Source: Betaproteobacteria bacterium HGW-Betaproteobacteria-9
Lineage (GTDB): Bacteria > Pseudomonadota > Gammaproteobacteria > Burkholderiales > Burkholderiaceae_C
Length of the DNA stretch: 64,000 nt
NCBI GenBank assembly: GCA_002842215.1
Contig: PHCC01000007.1
Location: 103,113-167,112 of the forward strand
Direction of reading: 5' to 3'
Shown here: positions 30,799 through 42,447 of the stretch, in pieces
How the letters are laid out: each line of letters begins with the position of its first letter
How positions within the stretch are numbered: the stretch's first letter is position 1
Position numbers and translations under genes: made by a program
Notes under the pieces: generated by a model
Databases searched by the model: none
Told to the model about the DNA's origin: nothing
The model's input: only the letters and a program-made list of their open reading frames with translations

Positions 30799-31967
30799 AA
30801 CTCAAACTCTCCCCCGCCACGCTGGCCGCCCATGCCCTGCTGCTGGTGATCGTGCTGGCCTGGGTGCTGCCGACCTTCGGCCTGCTGGTTTCCAGCTTCC
30901 GCGACCGCGAACAGATCGTGGGCAGCGGCTGGTGGACCGCGCTGTCCACCCAGACCCGGGCCGACATGCGCCGCACCGGCGGAGCCCAGAGCGTGGTGCC
31001 CGAGGGCGACCAGTTCGTGATCGCCGGGCGCCTGTTCCCCGAAGGCGCGTCGGTCAAGCTGAGCCGCTTCTCGCTCAAGTCGTCCAAACCGGACGAGTTC
31101 CGTGTCGGCGAGACCGTCGAGCTGGCCGATGCCCAGGTGTTCGACGACGAAGACGGCCGGCCCGACGGCACGCTCACGGTGGCCGCCGACGGCAGCTACC
31201 GGCTGGTGCTGAACCAGGCCTACGAGAGCGACCGCGGCGTGCGCATCTTCTTCGTGGCCGAAAAACCGCCCTCCTTCTCGACCACCAACTACCAGAAGGT
31301 GGTGGCGTCCGAAAGCGTGGGCGATGCCTTTCTCAACACCTTCAAGGTCACCATTCCCGCGACCTTCATTCCCATCCTGATCGCAGCCTTCGCCGCCTAC
31401 GCCTTCAGCTGGATGGAGTTCCCCGGCCGGCGCTGGCTGTTCGTGGCGGTGGTGGGCCTGCTGGTCGTGCCGCTGCAGATGTCGCTGATCCCGCTGCTGC
31501 GGCTGTACAACGACCTCGGTGAAACGCTGGGCATGCCGTCCAAGTCGTACCTGGGCATCTGGCTGGCGCACTCGGCTTTCGGCCTGCCGCTGGCGATCTA
31601 CCTGCTGCGCAACTACATCGCCTCGCTGCCACGCGACATCATCGAAAGCGCGCGCATGGACGGCGCCACACACTTCCAGATCTTCACCAGCATCGTGCTG
31701 CCGCTGTCCATCCCGGCGCTGGCGAGCTTTGCGATCTTCCAGTTCCTCTGGGTCTGGAACGACTTCCTCATCGCGCTCGTGTTCCTAGGCAAGTCCCCCG
31801 ACCAGGTGGTGCTGACGATCCGGCTCAACGACCTGCTGGGCTCGCGCGGCGAGAGCTGGGAAATCCTCACCGCCAGCGCCTTCGTCTCCATTGCGGTGCC
31901 GGTGCTGGTGTTCTTCTCGTTGCAACGCTTCTTCGTGCGGGGGCTGCTCTCTGGCTCTGTGAAATAG
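30795..31967 (+). CDS. aglG: Sugar ABC permease with periplasmic insertion
   Basis: [15 protein letters not shown]; ATGA overlap with aglF. Confidence 0.88.
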   Translation: MKLKLSPATLAAHALLLVIVLAWVLPTFGLLVSSFRDREQIVGSGWWTALSTQTRADMRRTGGAQSVVPEGDQFVIAGRLFPEGASVKLSRFSLKSSKPDEFRVGETVELADAQVFDDEDGRPDGTLTVAADGSYRLVLNQAYESDRGVRIFFVAEKPPSFSTTNYQKVVASESVGDAFLNTFKVTIPATFIPILIAAFAAYAFSWMEFPGRRWLFVAVVGLLVVPLQMSLIPLLRLYNDLGETLGMPSKSYLGIWLAHSAFGLPLAIYLLRNYIASLPRDIIESARMDGATHFQIFTSIVLPLSIPALASFAIFQFLWVWNDFLIALVFLGKSPDQVVLTIRLNDLLGSRGESWEILTASAFVSIAVPVLVFFSLQRFFVRGLLSGSVK

Positions 31968-32050
31968 GCACCCCCCTGCGCCGCTTTGCGGCTTCCCCCC
32001 AGGGGGGACGCACCCTTGGCCCGGCAAAGCCGGCGCCTCGGGTGCCCTGG
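31968..32050 (+). repeat. Dispersed multi-hairpin repeat, copy 5
   Basis: CCCCCCTGCGCCGC..GCGGCTTCCCCCCAGGGGGG..GGCCCGGCAAAGCCGG; matches reverse of 44354-44460. Confidence 0.8.
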
Positions 32051-32091
32051 AACGAACTCCTCTGCTTCTCTCCCGCATTTGTATTTAGCCA

Positions 32092-33447
32092 ATGACCGAT
32101 GAATTGACTTTTCCCGCCACCTTTGAATGGGGCTGCGCCACCGCCGCTTTCCAGATCGAGGGCGGTGCCCACCAGGGCGGCAAGCTGCCCAGCATCTGGG
32201 ACGACTTCTGCGCGTTGCCCGGCCGCATCAAGGACGGCAGCGACGGCCTCGTGGCCTGCGACCACTACCACCGCTACCCCGAAGACGTCGCGCTGATGGC
32301 TTCGCTGGGCTTGCGGCACTACCGCTTCTCCATCGCCTGGACGCGCGTGATGGACGAGCAAGGCCGCCCCAACCCGGCGGGCCTCGATTTCTACCGGCGC
32401 CTGCTCGATCAACTGCAGCGGCACGGCATCACCCCCAACGCCACGCTGTTCCACTGGGACCTGCCCTCGCACCTCGAAGGCGGCTGGCTGAACCGCGACA
32501 CCGCGCATCGCTTCGCCGACTACGCCGCCCTGATCGCGCGCGAGCTGGGCGACCGCCTGCCGCGCGTGGCCACGCTCAACGAACCCTGGTGCAGCGCCTT
32601 TCTCGGCCACGACCGGGGCGTGTTCGCCCCCGGCCAGCAAGACCGCGAGGCCTCGCTGGTCGCGGCCCACCACCTCATGCTGGCCCACGGCCTGGCGGTG
32701 CAGGCCTGGCGCTCGGTGCGGGCGGACACCGCGCTGGGCGTCGTGCTCAACCCCGAGCTCAGCGACCCGGCCAGCGACAACGCCGCGGACGTGGCGGCCG
32801 CGCGCCTGGCCGAACTCGAACGCAACGAGGTGTTCCTCAATCCCCTGTTTGGCCGCGAGTGGCCCGCCGAGATACTGGCCCAGATCGGCACGCGCGCGCA
32901 CGAGCGCCGGCCCGAAGACCTGGCCATCTGCGCGCAGCCGCTGGACTTCATTGGCCTGAACTACTACACCCGCTCGGTCGCACGCGCGCCCGCCAGTGTC
33001 AGCGAAGCCCGCCGGGGCTATGCCCTCGTGCCGCCCACCGGGACCGAGCTGCCCCTGACCGACATCGGCTGGGAAATCTACCCAGCGGGCCTGGGCCGGG
33101 TGGTCCGCAACCTCAGCCGCCAATGGCCCCTGCCGCCGATCTGGATCACCGAAAACGGCGCCGCCGACAACACCGGCGTGAGCCAGGGCGAGTGCCACGA
33201 CACGGTGCGCACGCACTACCTGCAGGCGCACCTGGCCGAGCTGTCCACCCTCGTCGAAGCGGGGTTTGACATCCGTGGCTACTACGTCTGGAGCCTGCTC
33301 GACAACTTCGAGTGGGCCGAAGGCTACAGCCAGCGTTTCGGCATCGTTCACGTCGACTACACCACGCAGACCCGCACCCCCAAACACAGCGCCCGCTGGC
33401 TGCAGACCCTCATGCAGCGTTGCGCGAGCACGGCCCCCACTCCCTGA
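32092..33447 (+). CDS. GH1 beta-glucosidase
   Basis: AAFQIEG, DHYHRYPED, TLNEP acid/base, ITENG nucleophile, DNFEWAEGY. Confidence 0.95.
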   Translation: MTDELTFPATFEWGCATAAFQIEGGAHQGGKLPSIWDDFCALPGRIKDGSDGLVACDHYHRYPEDVALMASLGLRHYRFSIAWTRVMDEQGRPNPAGLDFYRRLLDQLQRHGITPNATLFHWDLPSHLEGGWLNRDTAHRFADYAALIARELGDRLPRVATLNEPWCSAFLGHDRGVFAPGQQDREASLVAAHHLMLAHGLAVQAWRSVRADTALGVVLNPELSDPASDNAADVAAARLAELERNEVFLNPLFGREWPAEILAQIGTRAHERRPEDLAICAQPLDFIGLNYYTRSVARAPASVSEARRGYALVPPTGTELPLTDIGWEIYPAGLGRVVRNLSRQWPLPPIWITENGAADNTGVSQGECHDTVRTHYLQAHLAELSTLVEAGFDIRGYYVWSLLDNFEWAEGYSQRFGIVHVDYTTQTRTPKHSARWLQTLMQRCASTAPTP

Positions 33448-33475
33448 AACTCCTCCCCTTCCGTTCATCCCACCC

Positions 33476-35122
33476 ATGAACCCACAGAAAAAGCCTTCCC
33501 AGAACCACCCGTGGTGGCGCGGCGGCGTGATCTATCAGGTCTACCCGCGCAGCTTCCAGGACAGCAACGGCGACGGCATCGGCGATCTGGCCGGCGTCAC
33601 CCAACGCCTCGACCACATCGCCGCGCTCGGTGCCGACGCCATCTGGCTCTCGCCCTTCTTCAAGAGCCCCATGAAGGACTTCGGCTACGACGTCAGCGAC
33701 TACTGCGACGTGGACCCGATGTTCGGCACCCTGGGCGACTTCAAGGCCCTGCTGGCCCGCGCCCATGCGCTGGGCCTCAAGGTCATGATCGACCAGGTGC
33801 TCTCGCACTGCTCCGACCAGCACCCCTGGTTCGCCGAAAGCCGCGCCAACCGCGACAACCCCAAAGCCGACTGGTTCGTCTGGGCCGACGCCCGCCACGA
33901 TGGCACGCCGCCCAACAACTGGCTGTCCATCTTCGGCGGCAGCGCCTGGCAGTGGGACACGCGCCGGCACCAGTACTACCTGCACAACTTCCTCACCAGC
34001 CAGCCCGACCTGAACTTCCACAACCCCGCCGTGCAGGACGCGCTGCTCGACACGGTGAAGTTCTGGCTGGAACTCGGCGTGGACGGCTACCGCCTCGACG
34101 CCATCAACTTCTGCTTCCACGACGCGGCGCTGCGCGACAACCCGGGGCGCGGCATGCCGCTGGTCGAAGACGCGTCGGCCGCGTCGTCCAACCCCTACTC
34201 GTGGCAGCACCACCGGTACGACAAGAGCCAGCCCGAAGCACTGGGCTTCCTGCGGCGCCTGCGCACCCTGGTGGACCAGTACGACGACACCACCATGGTC
34301 GGTGAGATCGGCGACGAGGCCGGGCTGACCATGGTGGCCGACTACACCGGCGGCAGCGACAAGCTGCACATGGCCTACTGCTTCACCCTGCTCGGCGCCT
34401 CGCACAGCGCCCCCTTCCTGCACGACGTGATCCATCAGTTCCAGCGCGTGGCGGGCGACGGCTGGCCCTGTTGGGCGCTGTCCAACCACGACGTGGCGCG
34501 GGTCGCCACGCGCTGGGGCGGCGAACACCCCGACCCGCGCCTGCTGCGCCTGGCCGCGGCCTTCCAGATGAGCCTGCGCGGCACCATCTGCCTCTACCAG
34601 GGTGAAGAGCTGGGCCTGACCGAAGCCAGCATCGCTTTTGAAGACCTGCAGGACCCCTACGGCATCAGCATGTGGCCCGAGGTCAAAGGCCGCGACGGCT
34701 GCAGAACCCCCATGCCCTGGGTCGCCGAGGCGCCCCACGCCGGCTTCTCCGGCGGCGAGCGCTGCTGGCTGCCGGTGCCGCCCGAGCACCGGCCTCTCGC
34801 GGTGGACCGCCAGCGGGGCGACGCCGGTTCACTGCTCAGCTACTTCACGCAGCTGCTCCACTGGCGCCGCGAGCAGCCCGCGCTGTGGCAGGGCGAGATG
34901 GACCTGCTGCCCGCGGGCGAACAGGTGCTGGCCTTCGTGCGCAACGCTGCCTCGCAGCGCGTGCTCTGCGCCTTCAACTTCAGCGACGCAGCGGCCTCGC
35001 TCGCCCTGCCCGCGGACTGGTCGGGCGCCCGCGTGCTCGACGGCAGCGGTCTGGGCGGCGCCCGCATCGAAGGCGGCGCCATCGTGTTCGAACCCTGGGG
35101 CGGGCTGTTCCTTCAGGCCTGA
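33476..35122 (+). CDS. aglA: GH13 alpha-glucosidase
   Basis: YQVYPRSFQDSNGDGIGDL, YRLDAIN, VGEIG, SNHD, GRDGCRTPMPW. Confidence 0.93.
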   Translation: MNPQKKPSQNHPWWRGGVIYQVYPRSFQDSNGDGIGDLAGVTQRLDHIAALGADAIWLSPFFKSPMKDFGYDVSDYCDVDPMFGTLGDFKALLARAHALGLKVMIDQVLSHCSDQHPWFAESRANRDNPKADWFVWADARHDGTPPNNWLSIFGGSAWQWDTRRHQYYLHNFLTSQPDLNFHNPAVQDALLDTVKFWLELGVDGYRLDAINFCFHDAALRDNPGRGMPLVEDASAASSNPYSWQHHRYDKSQPEALGFLRRLRTLVDQYDDTTMVGEIGDEAGLTMVADYTGGSDKLHMAYCFTLLGASHSAPFLHDVIHQFQRVAGDGWPCWALSNHDVARVATRWGGEHPDPRLLRLAAAFQMSLRGTICLYQGEELGLTEASIAFEDLQDPYGISMWPEVKGRDGCRTPMPWVAEAPHAGFSGGERCWLPVPPEHRPLAVDRQRGDAGSLLSYFTQLLHWRREQPALWQGEMDLLPAGEQVLAFVRNAASQRVLCAFNFSDAAASLALPADWSGARVLDGSGLGGARIEGGAIVFEPWGGLFLQA

Positions 35123-35220
35123 GCGGCTGAGGGCCGCACCGTGCCGTGGCCCTCCTGTACCCCGGCAGGCGCCCTGCCCGGCGACCCCTGCCGCCATCTG
35201 GAGGACACTCGCGTGTGTGA

Positions 35221-36927
<1,707 letters not shown>

Positions 36928-36998
36928 GACGGGTTCGCCTTCAAACGTACAAACGCGTTGGTTGGTTGACGCGACAGGATGCTTGAGGCTGACCTGAG

Positions 36999-37051
36999 GC
37001 AGTCGACCTGCATCGTCGGCTGACGGGTCTTGCAGAGACCGGGCATCGACC
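36999..37051 (+). repeat. Hairpin element abutting the stop of the 1041-aa gene
   Basis: GCAGTCGACC...GCATCGACC; both ends recur inverted at 40359-40437. Confidence 0.55.
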
Positions 37052-40000
37052 TTAGTCCTTTGCCAGCCGCTTTGCTTTCCTAGTCTTGTAGTCGATCGCG
37101 TGCTGGGTCGAGACCTGGATGTTCAGTTCCTGGAAGACCTGCTGCTTCTCGGCCTCCGCCGTCTTGTACATGTACATCCGGGTAAAGACGATCCAGCGAA
37201 GAACACTTTGAGCAAAGGCCTGCTTGGACACCCGCTCGTTGAGATTTCGCAAGTCTTGGACCGGAATGCGGTCCGGTGTCTCCAGCGCGCTGGCCATCCC
37301 TACGAGCTGGTTAGCGATAGTGTCGTTGCTGTCGACATAGCGCCTAATTGCTGGCGCCATGCTTTTGGAACCGACGGCTGAACCGATTCGGCGGATGAAC
37401 CAGAACGAGAAACGCCCGATAACCTGGAAGACTTTTACTTTGACGGCGCGCTCCCGGTCAGCAGGACTCGCAGAGCCAACGTCGTCGAGCGCCGCGCTCA
37501 GTTCTGCCATGATGTGATCGGGTACCTCAGAGAAGGCTTCCACGAAAACTCGAAGTCCGCGCAGGCCGCCCTTAAAGAGGGAATCGATCAATTTCTGTTT
37601 GTCGTCCGTATCGATCGAACCGAAGTTCGCCTTCAATGCCATACCGAGAAGCTCGATGCCCTTGATCAGGCCATTTACTTCGGCCAGCAGTTTTAGTGCC
37701 GCCTGCTCTTCGGCTGAGGCGCTCTGAGAGTCGAGCCCTCCATTGACAGCGTCATCGAAGCTCTGTTCGATGCGCTGATCCTCGACCTGGGCTTTTTCGC
37801 GGCCATCCTTGCGTTTGGCCTCGTTAAAGACCAGGACAGGGGCCTTGTCGACCATTTTGTCTAACGCTTCGGTGTCCTGCTGGAACTGCAAGGGCGCGAC
37901 TTTCGCGAAGCGGGAGTCCACTGCATCACGCAGTGCGTCGAACACGAATTGATCATTGCTGTGATGGGCGAGGAACAGCATGGCGTTGCCGTTCTCGCGG
38001 ACATGCAGGTTGTCACAGCAGCGCCGAATGAACTGCAGCGTCTCCTCGTTCTGCAGATTCTTCGCCAGGTATCGCCCCAGGAAGAAGAAGTAGCTGTAGG
38101 GATAGCGGAAACCAACCTCGTCACCCAGTTCGAGGAAGAGATTCGTTTCGAGCAGCATGCGCTTACGGATCTCGAACTTGATTTCGAGGTCGAATTTCCT
38201 CTCAAAGGCATCGTGGAAGCCTCTGAGTTCTCGGTCTGTTAAGCGCTCCTTCTTGACTGAGTAGAGGAACCAGGCGAACTGCGAGCAGTAGTTGAGGATC
38301 TCATGCACGTGATCCTGGCGCACCCGGGGTTCCAGCGCCTGGAAGATCATGTACTCGTAGTAATGGCCCAGCGCGCTGTTCTCAAGCTCGCCGGCCCTGC
38401 CAACCTCGATGCTCTGCAGCAGGATCAGCACGTAGATGGGAAAAGATGGTACGAGGCCGCGGCCAACGACACGCGAGATAATCTTATCGGCCAGTTCGGC
38501 TTCCTGCTCGGGGCGTTGCCGATTTGCGTCCAGCCCGAACCACTTCGACACCAACTCGAAGCGCAGTCGGAAGCCGAATTCCAACAAACGCAACTGCACA
38601 AACGCACGCAACGAGCCTAGATCTGTCGTCAGCAAGGCCTCCTTTAAATCGAACGCCGAGTCGACGGTTGCGACGATCTTCAGAAACTGCTTGTCCAGAT
38701 AGCCGAGCACGCTCGACATATAGCGATCGGGGAAACCGTAGCGGTCGAGGTTGTCCAGAAGCAGAATGCGTTTCTCGGGCTTTGCCTGCTGCACCTTGGC
38801 CACCGAATCATCGGCATATTGCTCGCTCGCGCAGCGCTCGATGAGGCGCTGGATCTCCCGCTCCGAGGAGCTCTTCAGGCGCACACCGTTGATGTAAATG
38901 GGGTAGAGCCCGCGCTCTAGGGCATCGGCGTACAGCCGCTTGAGCAATGCAGTCTTGCCGCTACTTTGATCGCCCTTGATGAGCGTCGATGCGGTGTCGC
39001 TGGCCAGCTCCTTTGACAGATCCCTGCTGGAGACGATGACGGGGTTCTCGTCGCCATCGTTTTCCTGCTCCAGCTCAGGGTAAACATAGAGATCTACCAA
39101 GTCCAATTTCTCGCGCGCCGAGTGCGATACGTTGGATCCAAGGTCGGTGATGAAGCTCTGCCAATCTGGCTTCAAGTTGACAACAGTAGCCTTGCTCGGC
39201 AAGGCCTGCACGAAGGGCTCACCCGTCGAGCGGTAGATCTCACCGTTCCAGTCGAACTCCGTAGTTTCAATGGTGTTGGCGTGGAAGTCGATAAGGGATG
39301 CATTGAATCCAGACAATGTAGATTTGCCGCGCTCCTGCAGCACCGCCCCCTCGATATAGAGCGTTAGCCCGGTTTCGCTGTCGTGGTTTGCGCCAGCGTT
39401 AGATTCGTGTTCGTGGCCTGTGAAACAGATCTCCGCGCATTCGCGGGTGAAACGGCGGAACTCTCTGTATTGACCCGAGGCGATCCAGTGTGCCGGGTGG
39501 TGCATCAGCAGGATCCGCAGGGCGCCGGTCGCGCCTGCACACTCACCATGGATTTTGGTGGGAAAACCTAGGCTGCCGGGCTCGGTGCGCATCTCACAGC
39601 TCCAAGCGTTGTTGACGCAGTGAATCTGCAGAGAATTGCCATCTACATCAATCGAGAAGGTGCGCCAAATCGGCGACTTCTTAGCGGCGGCTGCGGTCTC
39701 GATGCTCTTGGCGAACGCCTCGTAGGCGCCAAAGATGCTGACGCACTCCTCGACATCCTCAAGCTCGATGCTAGAGGCGTGTTCCGCCTTGAGGGTCTTT
39801 AGCACCCGGCTGCGCACCCGCGCCCGAGGTGAGTCGAAGTCGGCATCGTGGTTGCCCGGCACCGTAACGATGTCCAGCGCCTTGCCGTGGCGGCTCTCGA
39901 TGTCATTCGCGACAGCTCGAATGAAATCCTTCGCCAGGTCGTACTCGGCTTCCTTTCCAGACTGGGCGATGTCACCCGTGACGATGAGGATCGCGCGCGT

Positions 40001-40177
40001 GGCCAACGGAAGCAAGGGCTGGACGGCTGCTGCGATTTCCGCAGTGCGCTTGAGCACCACATCTCCCGGCTCCTGAAAGTGGATGTCAGACAGCTGGACT
40101 AAAAGCACTCGCGACGTTGTGCCTACATTGAAATTTGCAGCCAAGTTTCCTCCTGATTTTCTTCTTAGCGCTGCCAA
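37052..40177 (-). CDS. Metallophosphoesterase-STAND NTPase fusion, putative defence protein (start may be GTG 40108)
   Basis: SDIH, TGD, GNHD, HHP, GHEH phosphoesterase motifs; DLYVYPEL, GDQSSGKT Walker A, LLLDNLD Walker B; helical C-terminal ~450 aa; lower GC than flanks by eye. Confidence 0.85.
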   Translation of the reverse strand: MAALRRKSGGNLAANFNVGTTSRVLLVQLSDIHFQEPGDVVLKRTAEIAAAVQPLLPLATRAILIVTGDIAQSGKEAEYDLAKDFIRAVANDIESRHGKALDIVTVPGNHDADFDSPRARVRSRVLKTLKAEHASSIELEDVEECVSIFGAYEAFAKSIETAAAAKKSPIWRTFSIDVDGNSLQIHCVNNAWSCEMRTEPGSLGFPTKIHGECAGATGALRILLMHHPAHWIASGQYREFRRFTRECAEICFTGHEHESNAGANHDSETGLTLYIEGAVLQERGKSTLSGFNASLIDFHANTIETTEFDWNGEIYRSTGEPFVQALPSKATVVNLKPDWQSFITDLGSNVSHSAREKLDLVDLYVYPELEQENDGDENPVIVSSRDLSKELASDTASTLIKGDQSSGKTALLKRLYADALERGLYPIYINGVRLKSSSEREIQRLIERCASEQYADDSVAKVQQAKPEKRILLLDNLDRYGFPDRYMSSVLGYLDKQFLKIVATVDSAFDLKEALLTTDLGSLRAFVQLRLLEFGFRLRFELVSKWFGLDANRQRPEQEAELADKIISRVVGRGLVPSFPIYVLILLQSIEVGRAGELENSALGHYYEYMIFQALEPRVRQDHVHEILNYCSQFAWFLYSVKKERLTDRELRGFHDAFERKFDLEIKFEIRKRMLLETNLFLELGDEVGFRYPYSYFFFLGRYLAKNLQNEETLQFIRRCCDNLHVRENGNAMLFLAHHSNDQFVFDALRDAVDSRFAKVAPLQFQQDTEALDKMVDKAPVLVFNEAKRKDGREKAQVEDQRIEQSFDDAVNGGLDSQSASAEEQAALKLLAEVNGLIKGIELLGMALKANFGSIDTDDKQKLIDSLFKGGLRGLRVFVEAFSEVPDHIMAELSAALDDVGSASPADRERAVKVKVFQVIGRFSFWFIRRIGSAVGSKSMAPAIRRYVDSNDTIANQLVGMASALETPDRIPVQDLRNLNERVSKQAFAQSVLRWIVFTRMYMYKTAEAEKQQVFQELNIQVSTQHAIDYKTRKAKRLAKD

Positions 40178-40358
40178 TGGTACATGCCTACAGGCAGGCT
40201 ATGCGCTCCCTTCCGGTGCGACGTCAGCGACCCGTGACGTGTAAGGGTTGTGCCTTGGTGCGTTCGACAATCGAGCAGCGGCTCGGCACGAATCGCGTTG
40301 TGGAGGTCCTTCGGCCGCCATGCACGAACGACTGTTTTGTGCCAGGTAACGTGAGTAC

Positions 40359-40437
40359 GGTCGATGCTGGTCACCGGCAGCTCCCGCTGCACACCGGCCG
40401 CAGACCGCGAGTCACCGACCGGCTGCGGGTCGACTGC
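40359..40437 (-). repeat. Hairpin element upstream of the 1041-aa gene, inverted relative to 36999-37051
   Basis: GGTCGATGC (40359-40367) and GGTCGACTGC (40428-40437) are reverse complements of the left element ends. Confidence 0.55.
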
Positions 40438-40452
40438 TCGATTCGGTGAGAG

Positions 40453-40514
40453 CGCCTTCGATGTCTTCACTCACGGCTCCCGCCGCCTTCGATGTCTTCA
40501 CTCACGGCTCCCGC
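40453..40514. repeat. Perfect 2 x 31-bp tandem duplication
   Basis: CGCCTTCGATGTCTTCACTCACGGCTCCCGC at 40453-40483 and 40484-40514. Confidence 0.9.
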
Positions 40515-40558
40515 CTTGTTCTGCGCTTGAACGTGAACCCGTATGAGCCTCTGCCGCG

Positions 40559-41818
40559 TCAGCTCTTCAGAAAAATCTCGTGGTCCGGCGCAAAACAGGC
40601 GTGCAGCGGCAGCAGCGCCCCGCCCAGCGCGCGCGCGTCCGAGCCGATGCTGCCGATCTCCAGCCGGGGCATCTGCTGCAGGCCTTCCCAGTTGTAGGCC
40701 TTGAGCGCTTCGCCGGTGCGCGCCCAGAGTTTGCGCAGCAGGTCGGGCGCGACCACGCCGTCGATCACCACCGCCTCCACGTCCAGGAACGCGGTGCCGG
40801 CCACGATGCAGTGCGCCAGCGCCAGGGCGGCGCGGGCGACCCACTCGCGGGTGTACGGCAGCCAGGGCGCCTGCAGCGCGCGCGCGTCGTAGGCGGCCAT
40901 GGGGTCGAGCGCGTGCTCGCGAAAGCGCTGCTCCAGGTCCCACAGCGAAGCCTGGCTGATCAGCTGCGGTGGCAGCTCTTTCATGTCGGCCGTGGCCACC
41001 TGCAAGGGCAGCGAGGCCACGGCCCCGGCGTTGCCGTTGACGCCGCGGTGCAGGTGCGAATTGAGCACCAGTCCGCCGCCGACAAACGTATCGAGGAACA
41101 GGTAGAGAAAACTGCGGATGTCCCGGCCCTTGCCCTGCAGCAGCTCGGCCACGCAGGCGGCCGAGGTGTCCTTGGCGAAACTGATCGGCAGGTCCGTCAG
41201 GGCCTGCACTTCGGCCACCAGGTCGATCTGGTTCCAGGCCAGGGACTGGGCCTCGGTCAGGCCCAGCATGCGGTGCCAGCCCCCGAGCTGGAACGGCGCA
41301 GCCACGCCCACGCCGACCACCCGATCGCGCAGCGGGCCCAGCCCTTCGAGCAGGCGGTTCAGGTTGGACTTGATGGCCGGCAGCAACACCGGAACATCGG
41401 GAAAGGCGTAGTCCAGCACCAGGCGCTCGCGCACCCGGCCGGTGAAGTCGACCAGCAGCCAGTCGGCGCTGCGGCGCCCGATCTTGATGCCGATGGCAAA
41501 CGCGCCATCGGGGTTCAGCCCCAGCGGCACGGAAGGCTGGCCCACGCGCCCCCGCACGGGGGCGCCACGGCTCAGCAGTTGGTCTTCGTCGAGCCGGGCG
41601 GTGATCAGGCCAATGGTCTGCGCGGTCAGGCCGGTCAGGCGCGCGAGATCGGCCTTGGCCAGGCTGCCATGCGCCCGCAGCGTCTGCAGCACCACGCGCT
41701 CGTTGAACTGGCGCATGCCCACCTGGTTGGAGCCGCGCGGGCGCAAGCGGGACGCGCCCTGGGCATCGGCTGCGGGCGCGTCGGAGGAGTCGGTTTCAGT
41801 GGTGTGGTTCACAGCCAT
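40559..41818 (-). CDS. ROK family transcriptional repressor (FrcR-like)
   Basis: HTH (LAKADLARLTGLTAQT), GRVGQPS, FLDTFVGGGLV, GNAGAV. Confidence 0.92.
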   Translation of the reverse strand: MAVNHTTETDSSDAPAADAQGASRLRPRGSNQVGMRQFNERVVLQTLRAHGSLAKADLARLTGLTAQTIGLITARLDEDQLLSRGAPVRGRVGQPSVPLGLNPDGAFAIGIKIGRRSADWLLVDFTGRVRERLVLDYAFPDVPVLLPAIKSNLNRLLEGLGPLRDRVVGVGVAAPFQLGGWHRMLGLTEAQSLAWNQIDLVAEVQALTDLPISFAKDTSAACVAELLQGKGRDIRSFLYLFLDTFVGGGLVLNSHLHRGVNGNAGAVASLPLQVATADMKELPPQLISQASLWDLEQRFREHALDPMAAYDARALQAPWLPYTREWVARAALALAHCIVAGTAFLDVEAVVIDGVVAPDLLRKLWARTGEALKAYNWEGLQQMPRLEIGSIGSDARALGGALLPLHACFAPDHEIFLKS

Positions 41819-41844
41819 TGAGTGTGGCACGTTCAACACCGCAT

Positions 41845-42297
41845 TCAGGCCCTAAGCGCTTCACCCAGGACGCCTTTTCGCAGGATGAAGTTGCCCCAGG
41901 GCTCCAGCTCGCCGGTGACGACGATGGCGTAGGCCTTTTTCACGCGCTCGTAGAACGCGTAGCGCTCCACGGCCTCGGCCTGGCCGTCCTGCAGGCCCTC
42001 GGCGGCCAGCACCGCCAGCGTTTCGCGCTGCAGGGCCGAGCGGTAACCGGGCTCGGTACCGCCGACCTGCATGTAGGCAACAGGGTGCGGCACGTCAGCG
42101 GCCAGCGGCAGCACGCTGGCCACCGCCCGCACGGTGCGCGCCATGCCGATGCCCGGCAGGCGCAGCACCGGTTTTCCTGCGCCCAGGCTCATGGCGGTGA
42201 AGTTGGCGTCGGCCAGCACCACCGCGTCGTCGTGGCCCATCTCGGCCAGCAGCTTGAGCAGGTCCGGGCTGAGCAGGGGATCAATGCCTTTGAGCAT
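41845..42297 (-). CDS. RbsD/FucU family sugar mutarotase
   Basis: MLKGIDPLLSPDLL, MGHDD, DANF, RYAFYER, GNFILRKG. Confidence 0.93.
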   Translation of the reverse strand: MLKGIDPLLSPDLLKLLAEMGHDDAVVLADANFTAMSLGAGKPVLRLPGIGMARTVRAVASVLPLAADVPHPVAYMQVGGTEPGYRSALQRETLAVLAAEGLQDGQAEAVERYAFYERVKKAYAIVVTGELEPWGNFILRKGVLGEALRA

Positions 42298-42345
42298 TTC
42301 GGTCTTTCAAACAAACTAACAACTGCCAAGAACGCCACACAGGCC

Positions 42346-42439
42346 AACCCAGAACACCGCGGAACTGGCTTTGCCAGGCCGCTGGTGTTGCCCCTTGAGG
42401 GGCGGAGCGGCTACACGCAGTGAGCAAGCGATGGGGGTG
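42346..42439 (-). repeat. Dispersed multi-hairpin repeat, copy 6
   Basis: Shares the 29-bp exact block with 4996-5092. Confidence 0.85.
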
Positions 42440-42447
42440 GGCACAGT

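Noticed and set aside
30900-31300. About 100-aa extra segment in the aglG-like permease
   Set aside because: Large periplasmic loops are a known feature of AglG/MalF-type permeases.
36999-37051. Hairpins flanking the STAND gene as attC sites
   Set aside because: They lack RYYYAAC and GTTRRRY ends and are in inverted, not direct, orientation.
40453-40514. 31-bp repeats as a mini CRISPR array
   Set aside because: Two adjacent units with no spacer, and no cas genes.
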